A DNA stretch of 64,000 nucleotides from Eledone cirrhosa (lineage: Eukaryota): positions 436,356,001 to 436,420,000 of the forward strand of contig OZ024740.1 in the NCBI GenBank assembly GCA_964016885.1, given 5' to 3'. The notes beneath the pieces are model-generated. The model was not told the origin of the DNA, made no database searches, and saw only the letters and a program-made list of their open reading frames with translations. The translations under genes and the position numbers were made by a program. Positions 1-14,700 of this stretch are shown piece by piece; the first letter of the stretch is position 1, and the number at the start of each line of letters is the position of its first letter.

Positions 1-2129
1 CAAATGTGAGAACAGTGTGATTGTCTCAGATGTGAGAGCAGTGACATTGTCTCAGATGTGGGAGCAGTGTCATTGTCTCAGATGTGAGAGCAGTGTCTTT
101 GTCTCAGATGTGAGAGCAGTGTCATTGTCTCAGATGTGGGAGCAGTGTCATTGTCTCAGATGTGGTAGAAGTTTCATTGTCTCAGATGTGAGAGCAGTGT
201 CATTGTCTCAGATGTGGGAGCAGTGTCATTGTCTCAGATGTGAGAGCAGTGTCATTGTCTCAGATGTGGGAGCAGTGACATTGTCTCAGATGTGGGAGCA
301 GTGTCATTGTCTCAGATGTGAGAGCAGTGTCATTGTCTCAGATGTGAGAGCAGTGTCATTGTCTCAGATGTGAGAGCAGTGTCATTCTCTTAGATTTGAG
401 AGCAGTGTCAGTATCTCAGATGTGAGAGCAGTGTCATTGTCTCAGATGTAGGAGCATTGTCATTGTCTCAGATGTGGGAGCAGTGTCATTGTCTCAGATG
501 TGAGAGCAGTGTCATTGTCTCAGATGTGAGAGCAGTGTCATTGTCTCAGATGTGAGAGCAGTGTCATTGTCTCAGATGTGAGAGCAGTGTCATTGTCTCA
601 GATATGGGAGCAGTGTCATTGTCTCAGATGTGAGAGCAGTGTTATTGTCTCAAATGTGAGAACAGTGTGATTGTCTCAGATGTGAGAGCAGTGTCATTAT
701 CTCAGATGTGAGAGCAGTGTCATTGTCTCAGATGTAGGAGCAGTGTCATTGTCTCAGATGTGAGAGCAGTGTCATTGTCTTAGATGTAGGAGCAGTGTCA
801 TTGTCTCAGATGTGGGAGCAGTGTCATTTTCTCAGATGTGGGAGCAGTGTCATAGTCTCAGATGTGGGAGCAGTGTCATTTTCTCAGATGTGAGAGCAGT
901 GTCATTGTCTCAGATGTGAGAGCAGTGTCATTGTCTCAGATGTGAGAGAAGTGTCATTGTCTCAGATGTGGGAGCAGTGTCATTGTCTCAGATGTGAGAG
1001 CAGTGTCATTGTCTCTGATGTGAGAGCAGTGTCATTGTCTCAGTTGTGAGAGCAGTGTCATTGTCTCAGGTGTGGGAGCAGTGTCATTGTCTCAGATGTG
1101 AGAGCAGTGTCATTGTCTCAGATGTGGGAGCAGTGTCATTGTCTCAAATGTGGGAGCAGTGTCATTGTCTCAGATGTTAGAGCTGTGTCATTGTCTCAGA
1201 CGTGAGAGCACTGTCATTGTCTCAGATGTGGGAGCAGTGTCATTGTCTCAGATGTGAGAGCAGTGTCATTGTATCAGATGTGGGAGCAGTGTCATAGTCT
1301 CAGATGTGAGAGCAGTGTCATTGTCTCAGATGTGGGAGCATTGTCATTGTCTCAGATGTGAGAGCAGTGTCATTGTCTCAGATGTGAGATCAGTGTCCTT
1401 GTCTCAGATATGAGAGCAGTGTCATTGTCGCAGATGTGGGAGCAGTGTCATTGTCTCAGATATGAGAGCAGTGTCATTGTCTCAGATGTTAGAGCAGTGT
1501 CATTGTCTCAGATTTGAGAGCAGTGTCATTGTCTCAGATGTGGGAGCAATGTCATTGTCTCAGATGTGAGAGCAGTGTCATTGTCTCAGATGTGAGAGCA
1601 GTGTCATCGTCTCAGATGTGAGAGCAGTGTCATTCTCTCAGATTTGAGAGCAGGGTCATTATCTCAGATGTAAGAGCAGTGTCATTGTCTCAGATGTATG
1701 AGCAGTGTCATTGTCTCAGATGTGGGAGCAGTGTCATTGTCTCAGATGTGAGAGCAGTGTCATTGTCTCAGATGTGGGAGCAGTGTCATTGTCTCAGATG
1801 TGGTAGCAGTGTCATTGTCTCAGATGTGAGAGCAGTGTCATTGTCTCAGATGTGAGATAAGTGTCATTGTCTCAGATGTGGGAGCTGTGTCATTGTCTCA
1901 GATGTGAGAGCAGCGTCATTGTCTCAGATATGAGAGCAGTGTCATTGTCTCAGATGTTAGAGCAGTGTCATTGTCTCACATTTGAGAGCAGTGTCATTGT
2001 CTCAGATTTGAGAGCAGTGTCATTGTCTCAGATGTGGGAGCAGTGTCATTGTCTCAGATGTGAGAGCAGTGTCATTGTCTCAGATGTGAGAGCAGTGTCA
2101 TTGTCTCAGATGTGGGAGCAGTGTCATTG

Positions 2130-3530
2130 TCTCAGATATGGTAGCAGTGTCATTGTCTCAGATGTGAGAGCAGTGTCATTGTCTCAGATGTGAGAGCAGT
2201 GTCATTGTCTCAGATGTGAGAGAAGTGTCATTGTCTCAGATGTGGGAGCAGTGTCATTGTCTCAGATGTGAGAGCAGTGTCATTGTCTCAGATGTGGGAG
2301 CAGCGTCATTGTCTCAGATGTGGTAGCAGTGTCATTGTCTCAGATGTGAGAGCAGTGTCATTTTTTCTGATGTGAGAGCAGTGTCATTGTCTCAGATGTG
2401 GGAGCAGTGTCATTGTCTCAGATGTGAGAACAGTGTCATTGTCTCAGATGTGAGAGCAGTGTCATTGTCTCAGATATGGGAGCAGTGTCATTGTCTCAGA
2501 TGTGAGAGCAGTGTCATTGTCTCAAATGTGAGAACAGTGTGATTGTCTCAGATGTGAGAGCAGTGTCTTTGTCTCAGATGTAAGAGCAGTGTCATTGTCT
2601 TAGATGTGGGAGCAGTGTCATTGTTTCAGATTTGAGAGCAGTGTCATTGTCTCAGATGTGGGAGCAGTGTCATTGTCTCATATGTGGGAGCAGAGTCATT
2701 GTCTCAGATGTGGGAGCAGCGTTATTGTCTCAGTTGTGAGAGCAGTCTCATCGTCTCAGATATGGGAGCAGTGTCATTGTCTCAGATGTGAGAGCAGTGT
2801 CATTGTCTCAGATGTGGGAGCAGTGTCATTGTCTCAGATATGGTAGCAGTGTCATTGTCTTAGATGTGAGAGCAGTGTCATTGTCTCAGATGTGAGAGCA
2901 GTGTCATTGTCTCAGATGTGAGAGAAGTGTCATTGTCTCAGATGTGGGAGCAGTGTCATTGTCTCAGATGTGAGAGCAGTGTCATTGTCTCAGATGTGGG
3001 AGCAGTGTCATTGTCTCAGATGTGGTAGCAGTGTCATTGTCTCAGATGTGAGAGCAGTGTCATTTTTTCTGATGTGAGAGCAGTGTCATTGTCTCAGATG
3101 TGGGAGCAGTGTCATTGTCTCAGATGTGAGAACAGTGTCATTGTCTCAGATGTGAGAGCAGTGTCATTGTCTCAGATATGGGAGCAGTGTCATTGTCTCA
3201 GATGTGAGAGCAGTGTCATTGTCTCAAATGTGAGAACAGTGTGATTGTCTCAGATGTGAGAGCAGTGTCTTTGTCTCAGATGTAAGAGCAGTGTCATTGT
3301 CTTAGATGTGGGAGCAGTGTCATTGTTTCAGATTTGAGAGCAGTGTCATTGTCTCAGATGTGGGAGCAGTGTCATTGTCTCATATGTGGGAGCAGAGTCA
3401 TTGTCTCAGATGTGGGAGCAGCGTTATTGTCTCAGTTGTGAGAGCAGTCTCATTGTCTCAGATATGGGAGCAGTGTCATTGTCTCAGATGTGAGAGCAGT
3501 GTCATTGTCTCAGATGTGGGAGCAGTGTCA
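2130..3530. repeat. Tandem block duplication, period 702 bp (27 monomers)
   Basis: Near-identical ORFs at 2604 and 3306 (offset 702 = 27x26). The same ordered variants (TATGGTAG, GAGAAG, TTTTTTCTG, CAAATG..AACAGTGTGA, GTAAGAG, CATATG, CAGAGTC, CAGCGTTA) occur in both copies. Confidence 0.85.
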
Positions 3531-5789
3531 TTGTCTCAGATGTGAGAGCAGTGTCATTGTCTCGGATGTGAGAGCAGTGTCATTGTCTCAGATGTGGGAG
3601 CAGTGTCTTTGTCTCAGATGTGAGAGCAGTGTCATTGTCTTAGATGTGGGAGCAGTGTCTTTGTCTCAGATGTGAGAGCAGTGTCATTGTCTTAGATGTG
3701 GGAGCAGTGTCATTGTCTCAGATGTGAGAGCAGTGTCATTGTCTCGGATGTGAGAGCAGTGTTATTGTCTCAGATGTGGGAGCAGTGTCATTGTCTCAGA
3801 TGTTAGAGCAGTCAGTGTCATTGTCTCAGACGTGAGAGCAGTGTATTTGTCTCAGATGTGAGAGCAGTGTCATTGTCTTAGATGTGGGAGCAGTGTCATT
3901 GTCTCAGATGTGAGAGCAGTGTCATTGTCTCAGGTGTGAGAGCAGTGTCATTGTCTCAGATGTGAGATAAGTGTCATTGTCTCAGATGTGTGAGCAGTGT
4001 CATTGTCTCAGATGTGAGATCAGTGTCATTGTCTCAGATATGAGAGCAGTGTCATTGTCGCAGATGTGGGAGCAGTGTCATTGTCTCAGATATGAGAGCA
4101 GTGTCATTGTCTCAGATGTTAGAGCAGTGTCATTGTCTCAGATTTGAGAGCAGTGTCATTGTCTCAGATGTGAGAGCAGTGTCATCGTCTCAGATGTGAG
4201 AGCAGTGTCATTCTCTCAGATTTGAGAGCAGGGTCATTATCTCAGATGTGAGAGCAGTGTCATTGTCTCAGATGTAGGAGCAGTGTCATTGTCTCAGATG
4301 TGGGAGCAGTGTCATTGTCTCAGATGTGAGAGCAGTGTCATTGTCTCAGATGTGGGAGCAGTGTCATTGTCTCAGATGTGGTAGCAGTGTCATTGTCTCA
4401 GATGTGAGAGCAGTGTCATTGTCTCAGATGTGAGATAAGTGTCATTGTCTCAGATGTGGGAGCTGTGTCATTGTCTCAGATGTGAGAGCAGCGTCAATGT
4501 CTCAGATATGAGAGCAGTGTCATTGTCTCAGATGTTAGAGCAGTGTCATTGTCTCACATTTGAGAGCAGTGTCATTGTCTCAGATGTGAGAGCAGTGTCA
4601 TTGTCTCAGATGTGGGAGCAGTGTCATTGTCTCAGATGTGAGAGCAGTGTCATTGTCTCAGATGTGAGAGCAGTGTCATTGTCTCAGATGTGGGAGCAGT
4701 GTCATTGTCTCAGATGTGGTAGCAGTGTCATTGTCTCAGATGTGAGAGCAGTGTCATTGTCTCAGATGTGAGATAAGTGTCATTGTCTCAGATGTGGGAA
4801 CTGTGTCATTGTCTCAGATGTGAGAGCAGTGTCATTGTCTCAGATGTGAGAGCAGTGTCATTGTCTCAGATGTGAGAGAAGTGTCATTGTCTCAGATGTG
4901 GGAGCAGTGTCATTGTCTCAGATGTGAGAGCAGTGTCATTTTTTCTGATGTGAGAGCAGTGTCATTGTCTCAGTTGTGGGAGCAGTGTCATTGTCTCAGA
5001 TGTGAGAACAGTGTCATTGTCTCAGATGTGAGAGCAGTGTCATTGTCTCAGATATGGGAGCAGTGTCATTGTCTCAGATGTGAGAGCAGTGTCATTGTCT
5101 CAAATGTGAGAACAGTGTGATTGTCTCAGATGTGAGAGCAGTGACATTGTTTCAGATGTGGGAGCAGTGTCATTGTCTCAGATGTGAGAGCAGTGTCTTT
5201 GTCTCAGATGTAAGAGCAGTGTCATTGTCTTAGATGTGGGAGCAGTGTCATTGTTTCAGATTTGAGAGCAGTGTCATTGTCTCAGATGTGGGAGCAGTGT
5301 GATTGTCTCATATGTGGGAGCAGAGTCATTGTCTCAGATGTGGGAGCAGCGTTATTGTCTCAGTTGTGAGAGCAGTCTCATCGTCTCAGATATGGGAGCA
5401 GTGTCATTGTCTCAGATGTGAGAGCAGTGTCATTGTCTCAGATGTGGGAGCAGTGTCATTGTCTCAGATGTGAGAGCAGTGTCATTGTCTCGGATGTGAG
5501 AGCAGTGTCATTGTCTTAGATGTGGGAGCAGTGTCTTTGTCTCAGATGTGAGAGCAGTGTCATTGTCTTAGATGTGGGAGCAGTGTCTTTGTCTCAGATG
5601 TGAGAGCAGTGTCATTGTCTTAGATGTGGGAGCAGTGTCATTGTCTCAGATGTGAGAGCAGTGTCATTGTCTCGGATGTGAGAGCAGTGTTATTTTCTCA
5701 GATGTGGGAGCAGTGTCATTGTCTCAGATGTTAGAGCAGTCAGTGTCATTGTCTCAGATGTGAGAGCAGTGTATTTGTCTCAGATGTGA

Positions 5790-8700
5790 GAGCAGTGTCA
5801 TTGTCTTAGATGTGGGAGCAGTGTCATTGTCTCAGATGTGAGAGCAGTGTCATTGTCTCAGATTTGAGAGCAGTGTCATTGTCTCAGATGTGGGAGCAAT
5901 GTCATTGTCTCAGATGTGAGAGCAGTGTCATTGTCTCAGATGTGAGAGCAGTGTCATCGTCTCAGATGTGAGAGCAGTGTCATTCTCTCAGATTTGAGAG
6001 CAGGGTCATTATCTCAGATGTGAGAGCAGTGTCATTGTCTCAGATGTAGGAGCAGTGTCATTGTCTCAGATGTGGGAGCAGTGTCATTGTCTCAGATGTG
6101 AGAGCAGTGTCATTGTCTCAGATGTGGGAGCAGTGTCATTGTCTCAGATGTGGTAGCAGTGTCATTGTCTCAGATGTGAGAGCAGTGTCATTGTCTCAGA
6201 TGTGAGATAAGTGTCATTGTCTCAGATGTGGGAGCTGTGTCATTGTCTCAGATGTGAGAGCAGCGTCAATGTCTCAGATATGAGAGCAGTGTCATTGTCT
6301 CAGATGTTAGAGCAGTGTCATTGTCTCACATTTGAGAGCAGTGTCATTGTCTCAGATGTGAGAGCAGTGTCATTGTCTCAGATGTGGGAGCAGTGTCATT
6401 GTCTCAGATGTGAGAGCAGTGTCATTGTCTCAGATGTGAGAGCAGTGTCATTGTCTCAGATGTGGGAGCAGTGTCATTGTCTCAGATGTGGTAGCAGTGT
6501 CATTGTCTCAGATGTGAGAGCAGTGTCATTGTCTCAGATGTGAGATAAGTGTCATTGTCTCAGATGTGGGAGCTGTGTCATTGTCTCAGATGTGAGAGCA
6601 GTGTCATTGTCTCAGATGTGAGAGCAGTGTCATTGTCTCAGATGTGAGAGAAGTGTCATTGTCTCAGATGTGGGAGCAGTGTCATTGTCTCAGATGTGAG
6701 AGCAGTGTCATTGTCTCAGATGTGGGAGCAGTGTCATTGTCTCAGATGTGGTAGCAGTGTCATTGTCTCAGATGTGAGAGCAGTGTCATTTTTTCTGATG
6801 TGAGAGCAGTGTCATTGTCTCAGATGTGGGAGCAGTGTCATTGTCTCAGATGTGAGAACAGTGTCATTGTCTCAGATGTGAGAGCAATGTCATTGTCTCA
6901 GATATGGGAGCAGTGTCATTGTCTCAGATGTGAGAGCAGTGTCATTGTCTCAAATGTGAGAACAGTGTGATTGTCTCAGATGTGAGAGCAGTGACATCGT
7001 TTCAGATGTGGGAGCAGTGTCATTGTCTCAGATGTGAGAGCAGTGTCTTTGTCTCAGATGTAAGAGCAGTGTCATTGTCTTAGATGTGGGAGCAGTGTCA
7101 TTGTTTCAGATTTGAGAGCAGTGTCATTGTCTCAGATGTGGGAGCAGTGTCATTGTCTCATATGTGGGAGCAGAGTCATTGTCTCAGATGTGGGAGCAGC
7201 GTTATTGTCTCAGTTGTGAGAGCAGTCTCATCGTCTCAGATATGGGAGCAGTGTCATTGTCTCAGATGTGAGAGCAGTGTCATTGTCTCAGATGTGGGAG
7301 CAGTGTCATTGTCTCAGATGTGAGAGCAGTGTCATTGTCTCGGATGTGGGAGCAGTGTCATTGTCTTAGATGTGGGAGCAGTGTCTTTGTCTCAGATGTG
7401 AGAGCAGTGTCATTGTCTTAGATGTGGGAGCAGTGTCATTGTCTCAGATGTGAGAGCAGTGTCATTGTCTCGGATGTGAGAGCAGTGTTATTGTCTCAGA
7501 TGTGGGAGCAGTGTCATTGTCTCAGATGTTAGAGCAGTCAGTGTCATTGTCTCAGATGTGAGAGCAGTGTATTTGTCTCAGATGTGAGAGCAGTGTCATT
7601 GTCTTAGATGTGGGAGCAGTGTCATTGTCTCAGATGTGAGAGCAGTGTCATTGTCTCAGATGTGGGAGTAGTGTCATTGTCTCAGATGTGGTAGCAGTTT
7701 CATTGTCTCAGATGTGAGAGCAGTGTCATTGTCTCAGATGTGGGAGCAGTGTCATTGTCTCAGATGTGAGAGCAGTGTCATTGTCTCAGATGTGGGAGCA
7801 GTGACATTGTCTCAGATGTGGGAGCAGTGTCATTGTCTCAGATGTGAGAGCAGTGTCATTGTCTCAGATGTGAGAGCAGTGTCATTGTCTCAGATGTGAG
7901 AGCAGTGTCATTTTCTCAGATTTGAGAGCAGTGTCATTATCTCAGATGTGAGAGCAGTGTCATTGTCTCCGATGTAGGAGCAGTGTCATTGTCTCAGATG
8001 TGGGAGCAGTGTCATTGTCTCAGATGTGAGAGCAGTGTCATTCTCTCAGATTTGAGAGCAGTGTCAGTATCTCAGATGTGAGAGCAGTGTCATTGTCTCA
8101 GATGTATGAGCATTGTCATTGTCTCAGATGTGGGAGCAGTGTCATTGTCTCAGATGTAGGAGCAGTGTCATTGTCTCAGATGTGGGAGCAGAGTCATTGT
8201 CTCAGATATGGGAGCAGTGTCATTGTCTCAGATGTGAGAGCAGTGTCATTGTCTCAAATGTGAGAACAGTGTGATTGTCTCAGATGTGAGAGCAGTGTCA
8301 TTATCTCAGATGTGAGAGCAGTGTCATTGTCTCAGATGTAGGAGCAGTGTCATTGTCTCAGATGTGAGAGTAGTGTCATTGTCTCAGATGTAGGAGCAGT
8401 GTCATTGTCTCAGATGTGGGAGCAGTGTCATTGTCTCAACTGTGAGAGCAGTGTCATTGTCTCTGATGTGAGAGCAGTGTCATTGTCTCAGATGTGGGAG
8501 CAGTGTCATAGTCTCAGATGTGGGAGCAGTGTCATTTCCTCAGATCTGAGAGCAGTGTCATTGTCTCAGATGTGAGAGCAGTGTCATTGTCTCAGATGTG
8601 AGAGCAGTGTCATTGTCTCAGATGTAGGAGCAGTGACATTGTCTCAGATGTGGGAGCAGTGTCATTGTCTCAGATGTGAGAGCAGTGTCATTGTCTCTGA

Positions 8701-11700
8701 TGTGAGAGCAGTGTCATTGTCTCAGATGTAGGAGCAGTGTCATTGTTTCAGATGTGAGAGCAGTGTCATTGTCTCAGTTGTGAGAGCAGTGTCATTGTCT
8801 CAGGTGTGGGAGCAGTGTCATTGTCTTAGATGTGAGAGCAGTGTCATTGTCTCAGATGTGGGGGCAGTGTCATTGTCTCAAATGTGGGAGCAGTGTCATT
8901 GTCTCAGATGTTAGAGCTGTGTCATTGTCTCAGATGTGGGAGCAGTGTCATTGTCTCAGATGTGAGAGCAGTGTCATTGTCTCAGGTGTGAGAGCAGTGT
9001 CATTGTCTCAGGTGTGAGAGCAGTGTCATTGTCTCAGATGTGAGATAAGTGTCATTGTCTCAGATGTGTGAGCAGTGTCATTGTCTCAGATGTGAGATCA
9101 GTGTCATTGTCTCAGATATGAGAGCAGTATCATTGTCGCAGATGTGGGAGCGGTGTCATTGTCTCAGATATGAGAGCAGTGTCATTGTCTCAGATGTTAG
9201 AGCAGTGTCATTGTCTCAGATTTGAGAGCAGTGTCATTGTCTCAGATGTGGGAGCAATGTCATTGTCTCAGATGTGAGAGCAGTGTCATTGTCTCAGATG
9301 TGAGAGCAGTGTCATTGTCTCAGATGTGAGAGCAGTGTCATTCTCTCAGATTTGAGAGCAGTGTCATTATCTCAGATGTGAGAGCAGTGTCATTGTCTCA
9401 GATGTAGGAGCAGTGTCATTGTCTCAGATGTGGGAGCAGTGTCATTGTTTCAGATGTGAGAGCAGTGTCATTGTCTCAGATGTGGGAGCAGTGTCATTGT
9501 CTCAGATGTGGTAGCTGTGTCATTGTCTATGATGTGAGAGCAGCGTGATTGTCTCAAATATGAGAGCAGTGTCATTGTCGCAGATGTTAGAGCAGTGTCA
9601 TTGTCTCACATTTGAGAGCAGTGTCATTGTCTCAGATGTGGGAGCAGTGTCATTGTCTCAGATGTGAGAGCAGTGTCATTGTCTCAGATGTGAGAGCAGT
9701 GTCATTGTCTCAGATGTGGGAGCAGTGTCATTGTCTCAGATATGGTAGCAGTGTCATTGTCTCAGATGTGAGAGCAGTGTCATTGTCTCAGATGTGAGAG
9801 CAGTGTCATTGTCTCAGATGTGAGAGAAGTGTCATTGTCTCAGATGTGGGAGCAGTGTCATTGTCTCAGATGTGAGAGCAGTGTCATTGTCTCAGATGTG
9901 GGAGCAGTGTCATTGTCTCAGATGTGGGAGCAGTGTCATAGTCTCAGATGTGAGAACAGTGTCATTGTCTCAGATGTGAGAGCAGTGTCATTGTCTTAGA
10001 TGTGGGAGCAGTGTCATTGTCTCAGATGTGAGAGCAGTGTCATTGTCTCAGATTTGAGAGCAGTGTCATTGTCTCAGATGTGGGAGCAATGTCATTGTCT
10101 CAGATGTGAGAGCAGTGTCATTGTCTCAGATGTGAGAGCAGTGTCATCGTCTCAGATGTGAGAGCGGTGTCATTCTCTCAGATTTGAGAGCAGGGTCATT
10201 ATCTCAGATGTGAGAGCAGTGTCATTGTCTCAGATGTAGGAGCAGTGTCATTGTCTCAGATGTGGGAGCAGTGTCATTGTCTCAGATGTGAGAGCAGTGT
10301 CATTGTCTCAGATGTGAGAGCAGTGTCATTGTCTCAGATGTGGTAGCAGTGTCATTGTCTCAGATGTGAGAGCAGTGTCATTGTCTCAGATGTGAGATAA
10401 GTGTCATTGTCTCAGATGTGGGAGCTGTGTCATTGTCTCAGATGTGAGAGCAGCGTCAATGTCTCAGATATGAGAGCAGTGTCATTGTCTCAGATGTTAG
10501 AGCAGTGTCATTGTCTCACATTTGAGAGCAGTGTCATTGTCTCAGATGTGAGAGCAGTGTCATTGTCTCAGATGTGGGAGCAGTGTCATTGTCTCAGATG
10601 TGAGAGCAGTGTCATTGTCTCAGATGTGAGAGCAGTGTCATTGTCTCAGATGTGGGAGCAGTGTCATTGTCTCAGATGTGGTAGCAGTGTCATTGTCTCA
10701 GATGTGAGAGCAGTGTCATTGTCTCAGATGTGAGATAAGTGTCATTGTCTCAGATGTGGGAGCTGTGTCATTGTCTCAGATGTGAGAGCAGTGTCATTGT
10801 CTCAGATGTGAGAGCAGTGTCATTGTCTCAGATGTGAGAGAAGTGTCATTGTCTCAGATGTGGGAGCAGTGTCATTGTCTCAGATGTGAGAGCAGTGTCA
10901 TTGTCTCAGATGTGGGAGCAGTGTCATTGTCTCAGATGTGGTAGCAGTGTCATTGTCTCAGATGTGAGAGCAGTGTCATTTTTTCTGATGTGAGAGCAGT
11001 GTCATTGTCTCAGATGTGGGAGCAGTGTCATTGTCTCAGATGTGAGAGCAGTGTCATTGTCTCAGATGTGGGAGCAGTGACATTGTCTCAGATGTGGGAG
11101 CAGTGTCATTGTCTCAGATGTGAGAGCAGTGTCATTGTCTCAGATGTGAGAGCAGTGTCATTGTCTCAGATGTGAGAGCAGTGTCATTTTCTCAGATTTG
11201 AGAGCAGTGTCATTATCTCAGATGTGAGAGCAGTGTCATTGTCTCCGATGTAGGAGCAGTGTCATTGTCTCAGATGTGGGAGCAGTGTCATTGTCTCAGA
11301 TGTGAGAGCAGTGTCATTCTCTCAGATTTGAGAGCAGTGTCAGTATCTCAGATGTGAGAGCAGTGTCATTGTCTCAGATGTATGAGCATTGTCATTGTCT
11401 CAGATGTGGGAGCAGTGTCATTGTCTCAGATGTAGGAGCAGTGTCATTGTCTCAGATGTGGGAGCAGAGTCATTGTCTCAGATATGGGAGCAGTGTCATT
11501 GTCTCAGATGTGAGAGCAGTGTCATTGTCTCAAATGTGAGAACAGTGTGATTGTCTCAGATGTGAGAGCAGTGTCATTATCTCAGATGTGAGAGCAGTGT
11601 CATTGTCTCAGATGTAGGAGCAGTGTCATTGTCTCAGATGTGAGAGTAGTGTCATTGTCTCAGATGTAGGAGCAGTGTCATTGTCTCAGATGTGGGAGCA

Positions 11701-14700
11701 GTGTCATTGTCTCAACTGTGAGAGCAGTGTCATTGTCTCTGATGTGAGAGCAGTGTCATTGTCTCAGATGTGGGAGCAGTGTCATAGTCTCAGATGTGGG
11801 AGCAGTGTCATTTCCTCAGATCTGAGAGCAGTGTCATTGTCTCAGATGTGAGAGCAGTGTCATTGTCTCAGATGTGAGAGCAGTGTCATTGTCTCAGATG
11901 TAGGAGCAGTGACATTGTCTCAGATGTGGGAGCAGTGTCATTGTCTCAGATGTGAGAGCAGTGTCATTGTCTCTGATGTGAGAGCAGTGTCATTGTCTCA
12001 GATGTAGGAGCAGTGTCATTGTTTCAGATGTGAGAGCAGTGTCATTGTCTCAGTTGTGAGAGCAGTGTCATTGTCTCAGGTGTGGGAGCAGTGTCATTGT
12101 CTTAGATGTGAGAGCAGTGTCATTGTCTCAGATGTGGGGGCAGTGTCATTGTCTCAAATGTGGGAGCAGTGTCATTGTCTCAGATGTTAGAGCTGTGTCA
12201 TTGTCTCAGATGTGGGAGCAGTGTCATTGTCTCAGATGTGAGAGCAGTGTCATTGTCTCAGGTGTGAGAGCAGTGTCATTGTCTCAGGTGTGAGAGCAGT
12301 GTCATTGTCTCAGATGTGAGATAAGTGTCATTGTCTCAGATGTGTGAGCAGTGTCATTGTCTCAGATGTGAGATCAGTGTCATTGTCTCAGATATGAGAG
12401 CAGTATCATTGTCGCAGATGTGGGAGCAGTGTCATTGTCTCAGATATGAGAGCAGTGTCATTGTCTCAGATGTTAGAGCAGTGTCATTGTCTCAGATTTG
12501 AGAGCAGTGTCATTGTCTCAGATGTGGGAGCAATGTCATTGTCTCAGATGTGAGAGCAGTGTCATTGTCTCAGATGTGAGAGCAGTGTCATTGTCTCAGA
12601 TGTGAGAGCAGTGTCATTCTCTCAGATTTGAGAGCAGTGTCATTATCTCAGATGTGAGAGCAGTGTCATTGTCTCAGATGTAGGAGCAGTGTCATTGTCT
12701 CAGATGTGGGAGCAGTGTCATTGTTTCAGATGTGAGAGCAGTGTCATTGTCTCAGATGTGGGAGCAGTGTCATTGTCTCAGATGTGGTAGCTGTGTCATT
12801 GTCTATGATGTGAGAGCAGCGTGATTGTCTCAAATATGAGAGCAGTGTCATTGTCGCAGATGTTAGAGCAGTGTCATTGTCTCACATTTGAGAGCAGTGT
12901 CATTGTCTCAGATGTGGGAGCAGTGTCATTGTCTCAGATGTGAGAGCAGTGTCATTGTCTCAGATGTGAGAGCAGTGTCATTGTCTCAGATGTGGGAGCA
13001 GTGTCATTGTCTCAGATATGGTAGCAGTGTCATTGTCTCAGATGTGAGAGCAGTGTCATTGTCTCAGATGTGAGAGCAGTGTCATTGTCTCAGATGTGAG
13101 AGAAGTGTCATTGTCTCAGATGTGGGAGCAGTGTCATTGTCTCAGATGTGAGAGCAGTGTCATTGTCTCAGATGTGGGAGCAGTGTCATTGTCTCAGATG
13201 TGGGAGCAGTGTCATAGTCTCAGATGTGAGAACAGTGTCATTGTCTCAGATGTGAGAGCAGTGTCATTGTCTTAGATGTGGGAGCAGTGTCATTGTCTCA
13301 GATGTGAGAGCAGTGTCATTGTCTCAGATTTGAGAGCAGTGTCATTGTCTCAGATGTGGGAGCAATGTCATTGTCTCAGATGTGAGAGCAGTGTCATTGT
13401 CTCAGATGTGAGAGCAGTGTCATCGTCTCAGATGTGAGAGCAGTGTCATTCTCTCAGATTTGAGAGCAGGGTCATTATCTCAGATGTGAGAGCAGTGTCA
13501 TTGTCTCAGATGTAGGAGCAGTGTCATTGTCTCAGATGTGGGAGCAGTGTCATTGTCTCAGATGTGAGAGCAGTGTCATTGTCTCAGATGTGAGAGCAGT
13601 GTCATTGTCTCAGATGTGGTAGCAGTGTCATTGTCTCAGATGTGAGAGCAGTGTCATTGTCTCAGATGTGAGATAAGTGTCATTGTCTCAGATGTGGGAG
13701 CTGTGTCATTGTCTCAGATGTGAGAGCAGCGTCAATGTCTCAGATATGAGAGCAGTGTCATTGTCTCAGATGTTAGAGCAGTGTCATTGTCTCACATTTG
13801 AGAGCAGTGTCATTGTCTCAGATGTGAGAGCAGTGTCATTGTCTCAGATGTGGGAGCAGTGTCATTGTCTCAGATGTGAGAGCAGTGTCATTGTCTCAGA
13901 TGTGAGAGCAGTGTCATTGTCTCAGATGTGGGAGCAGTGTCATTGTCTCAGATGTGGTAGCAGTGTCATTGTCTCAGATGTGAGAGCAGTGTCATTGTCT
14001 CAGATGTGAGATAAGTGTCATTGTCTCAGATGTGGGAGCTGTGTCATTGTCTCAGATGTGAGAGCAGTGTCATTGTCTCAGATGTGAGAGCAGTGTCATT
14101 GTCTCAGATGTGAGAGAAGTGTCATTGTCTCAGATGTGGGAGCAGTGTCATTGTCTCAGATGTGAGAGCAGTGTCATTGTCTCAGATGTGGGAGCAGTGT
14201 CATTGTCTCAGATGTGGTAGCAGTGTCATTGTCTCAGATGTGAGAGCAGTGTCATTTTTTCTGATGTGAGAGCAGTGTCATTGTCTCAGATGTGGGAGCA
14301 GTGTCATTGTCTCAGATGTGAGAACAGTGTCATTGTCTCAGATGTGAGAGCAATGTCATTGTCTCAGATATGGGAGCAGTGTCATTGTCTCAGATGTGAG
14401 AGCAGTGTCATTGTCTCAAATGTGAGAACAGTGTGATTGTCTCAGATGTGAGAGCAGTGACATTGTTTCAGATGTGGGAGCAGTGTCATTGTCTCAGATG
14501 TGAGAGCAGTGTCTTTGTCTCAGATGTAAGAGCAGTGTCATTGTCTTAGATGTGGGAGCAGTGTCATTGTTTCAGATTTGAGAGCAGTGTCATTGTCTCA
14601 GATGTGGGAGCAGTGTCATTGTCTCATATGTGGGAGCAGAGTCATTGTCTCAGATGTGGGAGCAGCGTTATTGTCTCAGTTGTGAGAGCAGTCTCATCGT

